A stretch of 64,000 nt of DNA from Candidatus Marinacidobacterales bacterium (lineage in GTDB: Bacteria > Acidobacteriota > Vicinamibacteria > Marinacidobacterales > SMYC01), in assembly GCA_965237955.1 (NCBI GenBank), contig OZ250169.1:3040001-3104000 (forward strand), given 5' to 3'. Each line of letters starts with the position of its first letter. Position 1 is the first letter of the stretch. This document shows positions 52,045 through 62,979 of this stretch, one piece after another. The notes beneath the pieces are model-generated. The model searched no databases, was not told the origin of the DNA, and saw only the letters and a program-made list of their open reading frames with translations. The position numbers and the translations under genes are program-made.

Positions 52045-53002
52045 AGAGGAGTCCAGATATGTTGCTACGCAGCATTTGAATGCTAGTGTCAGTTGGCCTG
52101 CCTGTGTCGGCGCACGCCAAATAAGTATGTGACGTGCACACAGAGACATCCTTGAAGGTGAGGCATCGCGTGGTCAGCCCAGCCGGCATCGCAGAAAGAA
52201 CTGCGTCTCTCGAAATCAAGCTCAAACTCTAGCACGAGAACGGGTTACGTGGCAGACACCAACACTTGCTTGCGGAAGCACCGCGTCCTGTGCCAAAACT
52301 CGGCTCTTTTGAAAGACCATGGCTGTAATTTCATGCACCGTGAAGTCTTAGCGTCATTTTACCAACACTTAATGGCGGAAGCACCCATGAGGTCTGTGTG
52401 AGCAGCAGGGCTACCCGATCGAACAACGGCTGCCTGACCAACAGTAGGATTTGCACATGGTACGTCATGATGGATCCGAAGATAACACCCTCGGGCCAGA
52501 CGATTGTAAAGCCCACAGCCCTTGGCACCGTCGCAAAACACAGACGCTAAGCTGCTGATTTATCGGCTATTTCAAGAGGGCCGAGTTTTGGCACAGGACG
52601 GGGAACAGGTTTATTGGCAGACCTATTCTTAGGCCGGCCAAGGAGCCACCGCTACCCCAAATTCAACATCCGGCGGGACATTCCCGTCCATTGGTACAAC
52701 ACGCAACGACTCTTGGAGCCGATCGGAAATGTCGCCCCGGTCGAGTACGAGATGAACTACTATCGATCGCAGGAAGGCTCGCTAGAGATGGCGAGACTCA
52801 ACTAAAGCAGTCTCCGGAAAACCCGGAGCGGTTCACCCGGGGCGGTTCAGTATCAGCAGATTGGCCCGCGGTGGGAAGGGCAAGGAAGTGACGGTCGTCA
52901 AGGGGAAAACCTTGCCGCCAGGTCCGACAAAAGGGACCACCTACAAACTCGTGGACGCGACGAAGAACAAGTCCGGGAGAGGAAAATAGAGGGGTTCGGA
53001 CA

Positions 53003-53992
53003 ATGGCCACGCTCTTCGGCGACTTTCGAGTCCGTATCGATCCATGGGAAGTCGACTACGGTGACCAGACGCCGCTGCTGTCGCTCGAGGCCCGCCCTGA
53101 TGAGCAGGTAGACCACGAAGTCGAAGTGTCCGATGGGCAGTGGTCGGCGCTCACCCCCTCAGACTCCACGGCAGTGCCCGAGCGTGTCGTGTTTGTCGAT
53201 GGGGTTCGTAGGCTCGAGGCGCGAGTTCACGCTCGTCAGGGAGAAAAGTTGATCTATGGCGGCTTTGGCAGTCACGCAGTCGGCGCTGTGGAGATTCACG
53301 ATTCCAAAGCGAGCTTCGGTGAAATCCGCGTTTTTCGCACCGCTGTACTTGGATCGGGCGAGCGCCTTCCTGCGCCGGTGCAGGTGCGTGAGGACCTCGT
53401 GTATGCAGCTGAGAGTACACCGACGACCGAAGTCGATGGACCGTTGCGCCACATCCAGAAAGCGATGCGCCTCGCCGAAGCCACACTCGCGCGAGACCTC
53501 TGCCGGGACGACACCCTCGCAATCATCGATGGACCGCTCAGCTTTGAGCCAGAACGGCGCGGCTTGGCGCTCGGCTACATCAAGCGCGTGCACCAGCTCT
53601 ACCTCCCCAATAAGTTCATCCCGCTGCTGGCAACCCTCTCGGCTGGCTCGCGCACACCGATGTTCACAATCCAGAGCGCCAAGGCTGGGTTCGCGAGGTA
53701 CGCGTGGTTCCAGCGACTTGCATATCCCGGTCCCGGTGCCACGGAGCTTCACGGCATCGTACGACTCGAGGCGGCTGCGGATGTCGGCTTCGATGTCGCA
53801 CGCGGTCTCGCGAACGCCGCCACCACTTGGCTCCCAAAGACGGCACCAAAGCGTGCGAGAGATCCGAGATCGCCCCAGAATCTTCTGCCGATCGGTGCGC
53901 TCGAACAGCGGCTGCGAGTCCAGCTCGGCGATGCACGACTGATTCGGCGATGGATCCAGACACTCGTCGCAAAGGAAGCTTCTTATGGCTGA
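53003..53992 (+). CDS. nurA: NurA-like nuclease
   Basis: FVDGVRR, MR.AE, IIDGPL, GYIK, DPR.PQNL.PI.ALE; overlaps the HerA start. Confidence 0.75.
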   Translation: MATLFGDFRVRIDPWEVDYGDQTPLLSLEARPDEQVDHEVEVSDGQWSALTPSDSTAVPERVVFVDGVRRLEARVHARQGEKLIYGGFGSHAVGAVEIHDSKASFGEIRVFRTAVLGSGERLPAPVQVREDLVYAAESTPTTEVDGPLRHIQKAMRLAEATLARDLCRDDTLAIIDGPLSFEPERRGLALGYIKRVHQLYLPNKFIPLLATLSAGSRTPMFTIQSAKAGFARYAWFQRLAYPGPGATELHGIVRLEAAADVGFDVARGLANAATTWLPKTAPKRARDPRSPQNLLPIGALEQRLRVQLGDARLIRRWIQTLVAKEASYG

Positions 53993-55658
53993 ACAGGACA
54001 TTGCACCAAATATCCCCGTCGGAGTTGTGCTGGGGTCGATGGACGCCGGTCCGCTCGAGTTCTGGGTCGGGGTCACGGTTGGCAGCGTCGTTCAGCTCGA
54101 TGATCTCGTGGTGGTTGAAGCGAACGTGGGTGACGGCCGGACCGTGAGCTTCTTTGGCATCGTCGACATGGTCCGTAAGCGTTACGAGGGGGCCCAGTTC
54201 GATTCCGATGCGTTCCGCGCCTCCGAAGGAACGCTCCCAGTCGAGGTGTCCTACGCCGCGCATATCCAAGTGACCCGGGTTGATCCGGAGGTCTTCGTGC
54301 CCCCTCATCCTGGCACCGACGTTCGGATTGTGCGCGGCGAACAGTTCCAGCGCGCTCTCTTCATCGATAGAATGGAGAAAAAGGTCGTCATCGGCAGTAC
54401 ACGCACCGGCGAGACGGTCTATGCAAATTTTGAGTTCCTCGATGGCACGCGCGGCGCCCACGCGTCGATAAGTGGGATCTCTGGCGTCGCCACCAAGACC
54501 AGTTATGCGACGTTCCTCCTCTACTCGCTCTTTCACTCAGACGCCCTAGGTGCGGATCGCACCAACACCCGAGCGCTCATCTTCAACGTCAAGGGCGAGG
54601 ACCTTCTCTGGCTCGACAAAGAGAACATCCACGTAGACGAGGAGCTCACCGAGAGCTATCGCAGCCTTGGGTTACCGGCAGGACCGTTCGAGAGCGTCGG
54701 CTTCTTTGCGCCGACCCGACGGCACGGCGACGTCCTCATGCCTGATGTCGGCAGCCGCCACGAAGGTGTCCGGGCCTATGCCTGGACGCTACGGGAGTTC
54801 GCCCGCGATCGTTTACTGCGCTTTGTCTTCGCAGAGGCCGAGGACGCCCGATCCCAGTTGTCGTTCCTGATCTACCGTGTCGAGCGCGCGCTCGAGCGTG
54901 CCGCCCGCGAAGGGGACAAGGACGACCCCGGAATCGACGTCGATGGAAGGCGGATACAGAGCTTCGATGATCTGCTGGACCTTCTCGACGGCACTGCGCT
55001 GGATCCGATGGCGCGTAACGCCGCGCCAGGAACGTTGGATGCCTTTCGGCGCCGCCTTCACGGCACCGCGCAACACATGGGGCACCTGGTCCGCGGCGAC
55101 CGAGAGACTGCGCGTCATCGCATCGACTGGCAAGCGAACCAGGTTACCGTCGCGGATATCCATACGCTCCACCAAACGGCACAGATGTTCGTCGTCGGTG
55201 TACTTCTTAAGCGGATGATGCATGACAAAGAGACGCAGGGCACTGCCACGCCCCTCGTCTTCGTCGTCCTCGACGAGCTCAACAAGTACGCGCCGCGGTC
55301 GGGCTGGAGCCCAATCCAAGATGTTCTCCTCGACATCGCCGAACGCGGACGCTCTCTCGGAGTCTGTCTATTCGGTGCTCAACAGACAGCGAGCGAAGTT
55401 GAACGGCGCGTAGTCGCCAACGCAGCGCTCAAGGTCGTCGGACGTCTCGATGCGGCAGAGGCGGAGCGTGGCGAGTACGGCTTCCTGACTCGGGTGGCAC
55501 GGCAACGCGCGACGATGCTGTCGCCAGGCACGATGATCGTCACACAGCCGGAACTGCCAACCCCGGTTCTGCTGAAGTTCCCGTTCCCCTCGTGGGCGAC
55601 GCGACAGAGCGAGGTCAAGAACCCGGGTGGAGACGATGATCCCTTTGCCCGTACCTGA
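53985..55658 (+). CDS. herA: HerA-family ATPase/helicase
   Basis: HAS-barrel-like N-terminus; H.SISGISGVATKT, FNVKGEDL, LDELNKY, ERGRSLG, AQQ. Confidence 0.85.
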   Translation: MAEQDIAPNIPVGVVLGSMDAGPLEFWVGVTVGSVVQLDDLVVVEANVGDGRTVSFFGIVDMVRKRYEGAQFDSDAFRASEGTLPVEVSYAAHIQVTRVDPEVFVPPHPGTDVRIVRGEQFQRALFIDRMEKKVVIGSTRTGETVYANFEFLDGTRGAHASISGISGVATKTSYATFLLYSLFHSDALGADRTNTRALIFNVKGEDLLWLDKENIHVDEELTESYRSLGLPAGPFESVGFFAPTRRHGDVLMPDVGSRHEGVRAYAWTLREFARDRLLRFVFAEAEDARSQLSFLIYRVERALERAAREGDKDDPGIDVDGRRIQSFDDLLDLLDGTALDPMARNAAPGTLDAFRRRLHGTAQHMGHLVRGDRETARHRIDWQANQVTVADIHTLHQTAQMFVVGVLLKRMMHDKETQGTATPLVFVVLDELNKYAPRSGWSPIQDVLLDIAERGRSLGVCLFGAQQTASEVERRVVANAALKVVGRLDAAEAERGEYGFLTRVARQRATMLSPGTMIVTQPELPTPVLLKFPFPSWATRQSEVKNPGGDDDPFART

Positions 55659-55669
55659 GGAGTAACCCC

Positions 55670-56827
55670 GTGAAGATCGTGCACACAAGCGATTGGCACG
55701 TTGGGCGACGCTGGAAAGGCATCCAACGCATGGACGAAATGGAGGCCATCCTGGGGCAACTCGCGGATTTCATCGAGAAGGAGTCCGTCGATCTTGTCCT
55801 GCACACCGGTGACATCTTCGACAGCAGGAACCCACCGGCTGACGCCGAGCGTCTCGTCAACGAGTTCTTCGTTCGGATGGGCAAGGCGGGCGCCCATATG
55901 GTGTTGATCGCTGGAAACCACGATGATCCTCACCGGCTTGATGCGCGGGCACTATTGGCTGAGTTCACCAACGTGCAGATACTTGGACGGCCACGCCCAG
56001 CCAGCCGAGGCGGGGCGCGTACGATCGAGACCCGCAGCGGAGAGAGCGCGGTGGTGGCAGCGCTTCCCTTTGCCTCCGCTGGTGCATGGGTGTCAGCACT
56101 GGACCTCGCCGGCGACGAGGCGACGGCGCGCAGCAAGTACGCACGGATGTTCCAGCTCGCTGTCGAGAACCTCTGCGGCAGTTTCAGCGGCGACGCGGTC
56201 AACCTACTGATGGCGCACACCCACCTCGAAGGGGCCGTCTTCAGTGAGTCGGAGCGGCGTGTCCATGTCGCCGAAGACTGGGCGGCCACGCCGCAGACGC
56301 TTCCGTCGACGGCGGCCTATATCGCGCTGGGCCACATCCACAAGCCGCAGAAGGTGGCAGGGTCCCTGCCCGCGTACTACGCAGGCTCGCCATTGCAGCT
56401 CGATTTCGGAGAGGTCGGTCAAGAGAAATCCTTCGTCGTCGTCAATGCGACGCCAGGACGCCCCGCGCAGGTGGAACACTTGGCCTACGAAGGTGGTCGG
56501 CCGCTGCACGATGTCCATGCGACGCTGGCGGAGCTGGAGACTGAGGCGGACAAGCTCGGCAACGGATGCTGGTTGCGCGTCACGGTTCCGCTGACGGAGA
56601 AGGACCCGGACATCAGCCGCAAGGTGCGGGAGATCTTGCCGAACGCGCTGATCGTCAAGGTAGAGCTGCCGGGGACCAATGATGCTTCCGTCGAGCGGCT
56701 CCCAGCGAGCGCGTCTGTTCCCGAGCACTACAGCGCCTACCACCGAAAAGAGCACGACCGCGATCCTGATCCCACCGTCCTCGAAACGTTCCAACAGCTC
56801 TACGAGCAAAAGTCCGAGGAGGCCTGA
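55670..56827 (+). CDS. sbcD: SbcD/Mre11 nuclease
   Basis: HTSDWH, GDIFD, GNHD, AH, LGHIH, YAGSP. Confidence 0.92.
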   Translation: MKIVHTSDWHVGRRWKGIQRMDEMEAILGQLADFIEKESVDLVLHTGDIFDSRNPPADAERLVNEFFVRMGKAGAHMVLIAGNHDDPHRLDARALLAEFTNVQILGRPRPASRGGARTIETRSGESAVVAALPFASAGAWVSALDLAGDEATARSKYARMFQLAVENLCGSFSGDAVNLLMAHTHLEGAVFSESERRVHVAEDWAATPQTLPSTAAYIALGHIHKPQKVAGSLPAYYAGSPLQLDFGEVGQEKSFVVVNATPGRPAQVEHLAYEGGRPLHDVHATLAELETEADKLGNGCWLRVTVPLTEKDPDISRKVREILPNALIVKVELPGTNDASVERLPASASVPEHYSAYHRKEHDRDPDPTVLETFQQLYEQKSEEA

Positions 56828-56830
56828 GCG

Positions 56831-59800
56831 ATGCGCCCGATCTATCTCAGCGTCGAGGGCCTCGCGTGCTTCAAGGAAAAGCAGGAGATCGACTTCTCCG
56901 AGCTCGATCTTTTCGCGATCTCGGGTCCGACCGGGGCGGGCAAGTCCACGCTCCTTGATGCGATGTTGTTCGCGCTGTACGGCATCATCCCCCGCGTAGG
57001 AAAACAGGACCTCAAGGAGATGATCTCGGCAGCTCGGGACAGGGTAAGCGTCTTGTTCAAGTTCGATGTCGGCGATGAGCGGTTCCGGATCACCCGCACG
57101 TTGCGCAGGAAGGGACCGGCGACTGTTCGCCTGGAGAAGCACGACGGGGAGGACTTCAGCGAGAACGTCGCCGATCAGGTCCGGACGGCCGGTGACGAAG
57201 TCACGCGTATCCTTGGCCTCGCTGGTGATGCGTTTACTCAGGCTGTTGTGCTACCCCAGGGGCAGTTCGCCAGATTCCTCCAGGCCGTTCCTCGCGAGCG
57301 GCGCGGCATGCTTCGTACGCTGCTGCGCCTCGAAGTCTACGAGCGCATGCGGGATGAGGCCCAGCGTGTCTCCAGCACTAAGAAGACCGCCCGTGATTCC
57401 GCCCAGAAGCTATTGAGCAACGAGTACGATGGCGTCACCGACAAAGCACTCGCTGCACTCGAAGCGGAGTGGAAGCTGGTTGGCGAGAAGCTCGAAGAGC
57501 TGCGAAAGGAACGCGACGCTGCCCAGGAGCAGCTCACCAAGCTTCGCGCTCTGCACGCGAAGACCGATGAGCTCGGACAGAAAGAGGAGCGACTGGAAGA
57601 GTTGAACCAAGCGGCTGCTGAGATTGGCACGGCGAAGGCGGAGCTTGAGGCGGCAGGGCGGGCAGCGTCCCTCGTCGCGGTGCTCGAAGAGGCGACCCGT
57701 GCTGCGGACTACGCCAAGCAGGCCCGTGCTGAAGCCGATCAGGCAAGGATCGACCACGAAGGTGCGGTCAAGGCTCACAGTGGGAAGGAAGAGCTACTAC
57801 AAAAGGCCAACGCCGCGGCGGCCGAAGTCGCCCCGACACGGGAGAAGGTCGCAAGGCTCAACCAGATCCTCGGCCGCCTGCCTGAGCGCAACCGCCTGGC
57901 CGAAACCATCGAGCGGCAGCGGACCGATGTCGACACGATGAAGGCGAAGGTGGCTGGTCTGCGGCAAGACCTCGATGGTTTGAGCGAGACGCAGCGCGCG
58001 CAGCTCACGACCACAGAGGCGGCGCGCACGACGCTCGAAGGTATCAGCTACGACGCGGACCTGGATGTCTCTCTGGAGAAGGTCCGTGACCTCGCAGCCA
58101 AGCTCTCGGTCGCCCGCGAGGGGCTGAAAACGGCTACAGATGAGAAGGCGAAACGGCAGAAGGCAATGGCCGAACTCATCGGCCGCATCGAGTTCCTCGA
58201 GCGCGAGGCGAAGGGTGCGAGCCAGGTCGAGGCCGAGGCTCAAAAGGCGGCAGACGCAGCGGACCAGGCAGTTCACGACGCCCATCGCATGGATGAAGCG
58301 AACCACCTGCGCGAATCCCTGGCAGCCGGGGAATTGTGTCCGGTCTGCGATCAGGTTGTGAAGGATCCGCCGCCGGCTGACCTGCGTCCCGAAGTCGAGA
58401 AAGCGAAGACCAGCCGCGAAGAGACCGCCTTCAAGCTCAAGAATGCCCAGAAGAAGGCCCGAGAGAAGCACGAGGTTCTAACACGAGAGCAAGGAAACGC
58501 CGACGCTGCCCAACGCGCACGCGACGAAGCTAACGCTGCCCACAAGAACGCGCTGGAAGCGGTTGCCGGACAGGAAGTTGATATACGGACTCGCCTCGAT
58601 GGCCGCGGCCCGAAGGGCGATCAAGGCATCGAAGTGTGGGTTGAGGAGCACGTCCGGGCATCATCCAACGCGCGAAAAGCCTACGAAGCGGCGAAGCAGA
58701 AGCTCGAACGGGCGGAGCGCAATCTCACCAAGGCAAAGGAGACCGAGAAGGCGACGAAGGAGAAGATCGACGAAACGAACATGGCACTGCGCAAGCTCGA
58801 GGGGGAGCTGAAGGACAACGAGCGTTGCTTGGAGGCGCTTCAGAAAAAGATCAGCGAGGTCACACACTCGCCGGATCCGGAAGCAGAGCGCGATGGCCTG
58901 GTCGGCAAGATTACAGACCTCGAGTCCGAGCAGAAATGCGCCGCCGAGGCAGTGGCGAACACCAAGAACCAGCTCACGGCGGCGGAGCAAGCTCTGAAGC
59001 TGAAGACGAAGGCAGCAAAGGAAGCCGAAGAGGGCGCAGTGCAGCGGCAAAAGACACGTGATGAACGCGTCGCTCAGGCTGGCTTCCAGAACGCGCGTGC
59101 CATCGAAGAAGCCGTGCGTAACGATGAGGTCCAGGCTGATCTTCGCGAAAAGATGCAGGCCCACGAGCGCGAGCTGCACACGGTCGAACAGCGCATCAAC
59201 ACCCTCAAGAAAGAGCTGGGCACCGAGCGGGTTTCGAAGGACCAGCTTGAGAACGCCAGCAAGCGAGCCACCGATCTCAGCGAGGAGGTCGAGACGGTCG
59301 TCGGGCGCGGCAAGAAGTTGGAGCACCAAGTCGAGAGCATGAAGCAGCGCCTCAAACGGTCAAAGGAGCTACGCGAGGAGCTTCAAGCGGAGGAGGAGGG
59401 CTATCGGTTGTACAACCACCTCGCAGCGGATCTGCGCAGCGACAAGTTCCAGGCCTATGTCCTCGAGGAGGCGTTCACGGAGCTCGTTCGGGGCGCTTCG
59501 ACCCGCCTGCTTGTCCTGACACGGGAGCGCTACTCGCTGGAGTTCGCCGAGGATCAGATCGTCGTTGTCGACCACGACAATGCCGGCGAGACCAGGATCA
59601 GCGACACCCTGAGCGGCGGTGAGACCTTTCTGACCTCTCTGTCCCTCGCGCTCGAACTTAGCGAGCAGGTCCAGCGCGCCGCGGGAGCCGTGAACCTGGA
59701 TAGCCTCTTCATCGATGAGGGCTTCGGCACGCTCGATCCGGACACCTTGGCCGTCGTGTCGGAGACGATACAGAGCCTTCAGGTGGGCGGGCGAATGGTC

Positions 59801-59908
59801 GGCATCATCACGCACATCCCGGAGCTCCGGGATGAGTTCTCGCAGCAGATCCTTGTGACGAAGCATGAGGGCTACTCGACGGTTGAGGTCCGGCCCCGGT
59901 CGACGTAG
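56831..59908 (+). CDS. sbcC: SbcC/Rad50 SMC-like ATPase
   Basis: GPTGAGKS, LPQGQF, coiled coils with CPVC hook, LSGGE, IDEGFGTLD, ITH. Confidence 0.92.
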   Translation: MRPIYLSVEGLACFKEKQEIDFSELDLFAISGPTGAGKSTLLDAMLFALYGIIPRVGKQDLKEMISAARDRVSVLFKFDVGDERFRITRTLRRKGPATVRLEKHDGEDFSENVADQVRTAGDEVTRILGLAGDAFTQAVVLPQGQFARFLQAVPRERRGMLRTLLRLEVYERMRDEAQRVSSTKKTARDSAQKLLSNEYDGVTDKALAALEAEWKLVGEKLEELRKERDAAQEQLTKLRALHAKTDELGQKEERLEELNQAAAEIGTAKAELEAAGRAASLVAVLEEATRAADYAKQARAEADQARIDHEGAVKAHSGKEELLQKANAAAAEVAPTREKVARLNQILGRLPERNRLAETIERQRTDVDTMKAKVAGLRQDLDGLSETQRAQLTTTEAARTTLEGISYDADLDVSLEKVRDLAAKLSVAREGLKTATDEKAKRQKAMAELIGRIEFLEREAKGASQVEAEAQKAADAADQAVHDAHRMDEANHLRESLAAGELCPVCDQVVKDPPPADLRPEVEKAKTSREETAFKLKNAQKKAREKHEVLTREQGNADAAQRARDEANAAHKNALEAVAGQEVDIRTRLDGRGPKGDQGIEVWVEEHVRASSNARKAYEAAKQKLERAERNLTKAKETEKATKEKIDETNMALRKLEGELKDNERCLEALQKKISEVTHSPDPEAERDGLVGKITDLESEQKCAAEAVANTKNQLTAAEQALKLKTKAAKEAEEGAVQRQKTRDERVAQAGFQNARAIEEAVRNDEVQADLREKMQAHERELHTVEQRINTLKKELGTERVSKDQLENASKRATDLSEEVETVVGRGKKLEHQVESMKQRLKRSKELREELQAEEEGYRLYNHLAADLRSDKFQAYVLEEAFTELVRGASTRLLVLTRERYSLEFAEDQIVVVDHDNAGETRISDTLSGGETFLTSLSLALELSEQVQRAAGAVNLDSLFIDEGFGTLDPDTLAVVSETIQSLQVGGRMVGIITHIPELRDEFSQQILVTKHEGYSTVEVRPRST

Positions 59909-59981
59909 CGTGCTCGGCCATGGCGTCGTCTCGTACCATGTGTTCCTTTCCCTCTTGGGTGGGTCGCAATACGCATGGGCT

Positions 59982-60558
59982 TGATCCGGTTTCGTGGACA
60001 CTTTCTGAAAGGCGGATACGATGTCCACAATGGCAAAGGCAACGCAGCCCCGGCGACCCCGCCGGGAGTTTGATGACGAGTTTAAGGCAGGCGCGGTCCG
60101 GCTGGTGCTTGATGAGGGCCAGAGCGTGGGTCGGGTGGCCCGGGAGCTTGACCTCACCGAATCGGCGTTTCGCAACTGGGTCCGTCAGGCCCGGGCCGAT
60201 CGGACGAAGGGCCGGACGGGCTTGACGGGCGTGGAACGCGAGGAGCTTCGGCGGCTCCGCAAAGAGAATCGGCGGTTGCGGGTGGAGCGCGACGTGTTAA
60301 AAAAAGCCGCGGCCTTCTTCGCGAAGGAGAGCGAGTAAGATTCGCGTTCATCCAGGCGGAGAAGGCCACCGTACCGGTCGCTCACCTGTGTCAGATTCTC
60401 AACATCTCTCGGAGTGGCTTTTATGCCTGGGTACGTCGGCCGCCGTCGGCCCACGCGCGCCGGGACCGCCAGTTGCGCGTGTTGATTCGTGCCTCCCATG
60501 AGGCGAGTCGCCGCACCTATGGGAGTCCGCGGATTCATCACGACCTGCACGAGCAGGG
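59982..60558 (+). mobile_element. IS3-family element, 3'-truncated (orfA 60030-60338 and start of orfB)
   Basis: RREF..EFK..AV, ERDVLKKAAAFF with AAAAAAAG; SRSGFYAW, YGSPRI; cut by an rve-2 end. Confidence 0.85.
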
Positions 60559-60834
60559 CGTCGTGTCCAAAAACACAAACGAACTCAAGATCGGCGCGCC
60601 GAGGCCATTTCGATCGTCATCAACCCGTGGCGTGCCCCAGATCTGGGGGTCGGAGGCGATGTCGGCGATTCCAGTTCCTCGTACGCGCAGGGAAAACACC
60701 GTTCAGCAAGGGGATGCCACGCTCCCGAGCGGAAACCTGGGTCCAGGCCCGGGCCGCACCTGGACCAGAATGTGCTAGCCCCGTTGCGCCACGGTAGCCC
60801 CGGCCTCGATTCTAGGTCCTCTAGAGATACGCCG

Positions 60835-61000
60835 GGTGCTTGCGCTGTTTACTGTTGGTGATGTGTACGCATCCCTTTGCAAAAGAGGCGCTTACGCTCC
60901 ATTTAGCGCGCAGCGAAGGTCACGAGCGCTATTTTTTCTGTAACTTAATGCACCGTAAAGTCTTAGCGTCATCTCACCAACACTTGATGACGGAAGCACC
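60835..61000. mobile_element. 166-bp MITE-B
   Basis: Homologous to 40436-40601. Confidence 0.8.
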
Positions 61001-61052
61001 GACCGGAGACTAATCAAGTTCGATGCGCGCGGATGAATAAATAGAAGGCACA

Positions 61053-61222
61053 CCCCTCGTGGGATAGGTGTTGGCGAAGAAACGGGCCGGATCAAGATAT
61101 TCAGCATTGCCCGTGCCAATGACGACCTGGGCCAGGTCCGCAGCAAAGTCGGCCGCGGTAATCGCTCCCTTGAGAACATCCGCGCGTGGCCGACATGTCT
61201 CAAATATCGTTGGAATGGTCAT
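61053..61222 (-). pseudogene. DUF499 ATPase N-terminal stub
   Basis: C.PR.DVL.G....DFAADL..V......EY.DP..FF.NTYPT.G; cut by an rve-3 end. Confidence 0.7.
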
Positions 61223-61518
61223 TGCTTCCGCTCCACCGGCTCTCCCGTGTCATCCGGCCAGGCCGCGTTCCCTGCTGCCCACTGGTCGATCTCGCTTTTT
61301 CTGAACCGCCAGGAACCACCAACCTTTAGCTGCTGGCGGTTGACCCAGCCAGAACGAGCAGTAGGAATTGCACGTGGTACGTCATCATGGAACTGAAGAT
61401 AACACCCTCGGCCAGACGATTGTAAAGCCTACGGCCCTTGGCCCGGTCGCAAACACAGACACTAAGCTGCTGATTTATGGTCTATTTCAAAAGGGCCGAG
61501 TTTTGGCACAGGACGGGG

Positions 61519-62156
61519 TCGCCTACGAGCGTATCGCCAACCCCCTGGGTTGGCGTACCGGTGTACGTGAGATTCCACTCGATGTCTTCGATCGTATCCT
61601 GAGGGCAGCTCGCAGCAGACCTCCCGCCCCTCCGACTCCGCAATCCAACACCTTGAGGGCAACACTCATTGTCGAGGACGATCCAACTCGTCTGTTCCTG
61701 CGAAGGCCCCGTTCCGGGCGGCTTCGTACCACCTCTGCCGGCACTCGCAAGTCTGACCGCTCTCGGGAAGTTGGCGATTGGGCGGAAGAACGCGTCTTGG
61801 AGCACCTTCGGAAGACGCTCTCCAGCGGTGGTAGGGACTCGCTCCGCTGGGTAGCACAGGAAGGCGAAACTCCAGGTTGGGACATCAGCTACGAAGACGA
61901 CGATGGCCAACTCATCGCAGTCGAGGTCAAAGGTACAACGCTCTCCCGATTTTCTTCTTTGGAGATGACGAGCAACGAGTGGAGTGCCGCTGAAAGGATG
62001 GGCTCCCGTTACGTGCTCGCGCTCGTGGTAAGGGCTGCAAGCAGCAAGGCCAGCCTCGCACTCATGCAAAACCCGTTCTCCGCAAAGGAACGTGGCCTTC
62101 TGGCTGTTGAACCTCTCAGCTGGCGCCTGCGGATGATGGATAGCGATGAAACCTGA
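61519..62156 (+). pseudogene. DUF3883 (NO VEIN C-terminal-like) nuclease, 5'-truncated
   Basis: G..AEE.V, GWDI.Y, VEVKGT, MTSNEW; begins at an rve-1 end. Confidence 0.7.
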
Positions 62157-62656
62157 GTTTCAGCAGGACGCCAATTGGAACCTGGCCCTGACAGCACTGC
62201 CCATTCTCGAAGCACCCCGTCCTGTGCCAAAACTCGGCCCTTTCGAAATAGATCATAAATCAGCAGCTTAGCGACTGGGCCAAGGGCCCCTTGGCTTTAC
62301 AGTTACCCCACCCGCGGTCGACCTTCGAGAGCCGCGCCGTTTCACCGGACGGCAGAGGACGGCGAGCTGCTGCCGAAGAGCGACATTGTCAAGAGCCAGT
62401 TCGCGACGAGCCTTGAAGGCGGAGATGAGCGCGCGAACAAACGGCGAAATCAAGCAGGTATGGCGAGAGGCGCGCGCGCTCCAGGGTTTCGAGACGCTGG
62501 TCGATCTTCCCGAAGGCGATCTCGACCGTGCGCGGGCGGGAATCCATGCTGCGCAGGTCCGTTCCAAGTCACTGTAAGCGGCCGTTGAGGTCGTCGATCC
62601 GGGCGTTCAAGCTGGCGTTGACGCCCGCGATCTGTGCTGACAGCAGCCCGGTCACC

Positions 62657-62750
62657 TGTGCTCCGCAAAAAGTCGATCCGGCGTTGATTGCGCGGGTTAG
62701 ACCTACCATAGTCGGCTGCTTTTGGCCGGTTTTCTTTTTTGCGGGTCACA
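62657..62750. mobile_element. 94-bp MITE-C (opposite orientation)
   Basis: Reverse complement of the 49972-50065 family. Confidence 0.75.
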
Positions 62751-62979
62751 ACTCCCACAGGAAACGGGGAGAAACAGATAGGCCGCGCCTACGGAGCACC
62801 GCGCCAGCCCTCGACCCTGGCGGGCACAGCCGAGTTTTGGCACAGGACGGGGAGCCGAACGAAGCCGTGCAGCGGCTTTCTTGCTAGCAGGCCTCGAAAG
62901 GATGTCTCTCTTCCCTGGTCCTTCTTTCATATCGAGACACGCTCCACGATGTTGCGAGTGACGTGCTGTCTACGCCGGT

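Larger units (their letters stand above)
50635..52061 (+). mobile_element. IS110-family (IS1111 group) element, copy 4
   Basis: TG at 50635 and 52060; sub-TIRs 50643-50652 and 52046-52055. Confidence 0.92.
50617..52282 (-). mobile_element. IS1-derived MITE-A carrying IS1111-type copy 4
   Basis: GGTGCTTACGCCATCAAGTG at 50617; CAACACTTGCTTGCGGAAGCACC at about 52260-52282. Confidence 0.85.

Noticed and set aside
53003-53992. Argonaute/PIWI-like nuclease
   Set aside because: Motifs and position before HerA fit NurA; too short and lacks MID/PAZ features.
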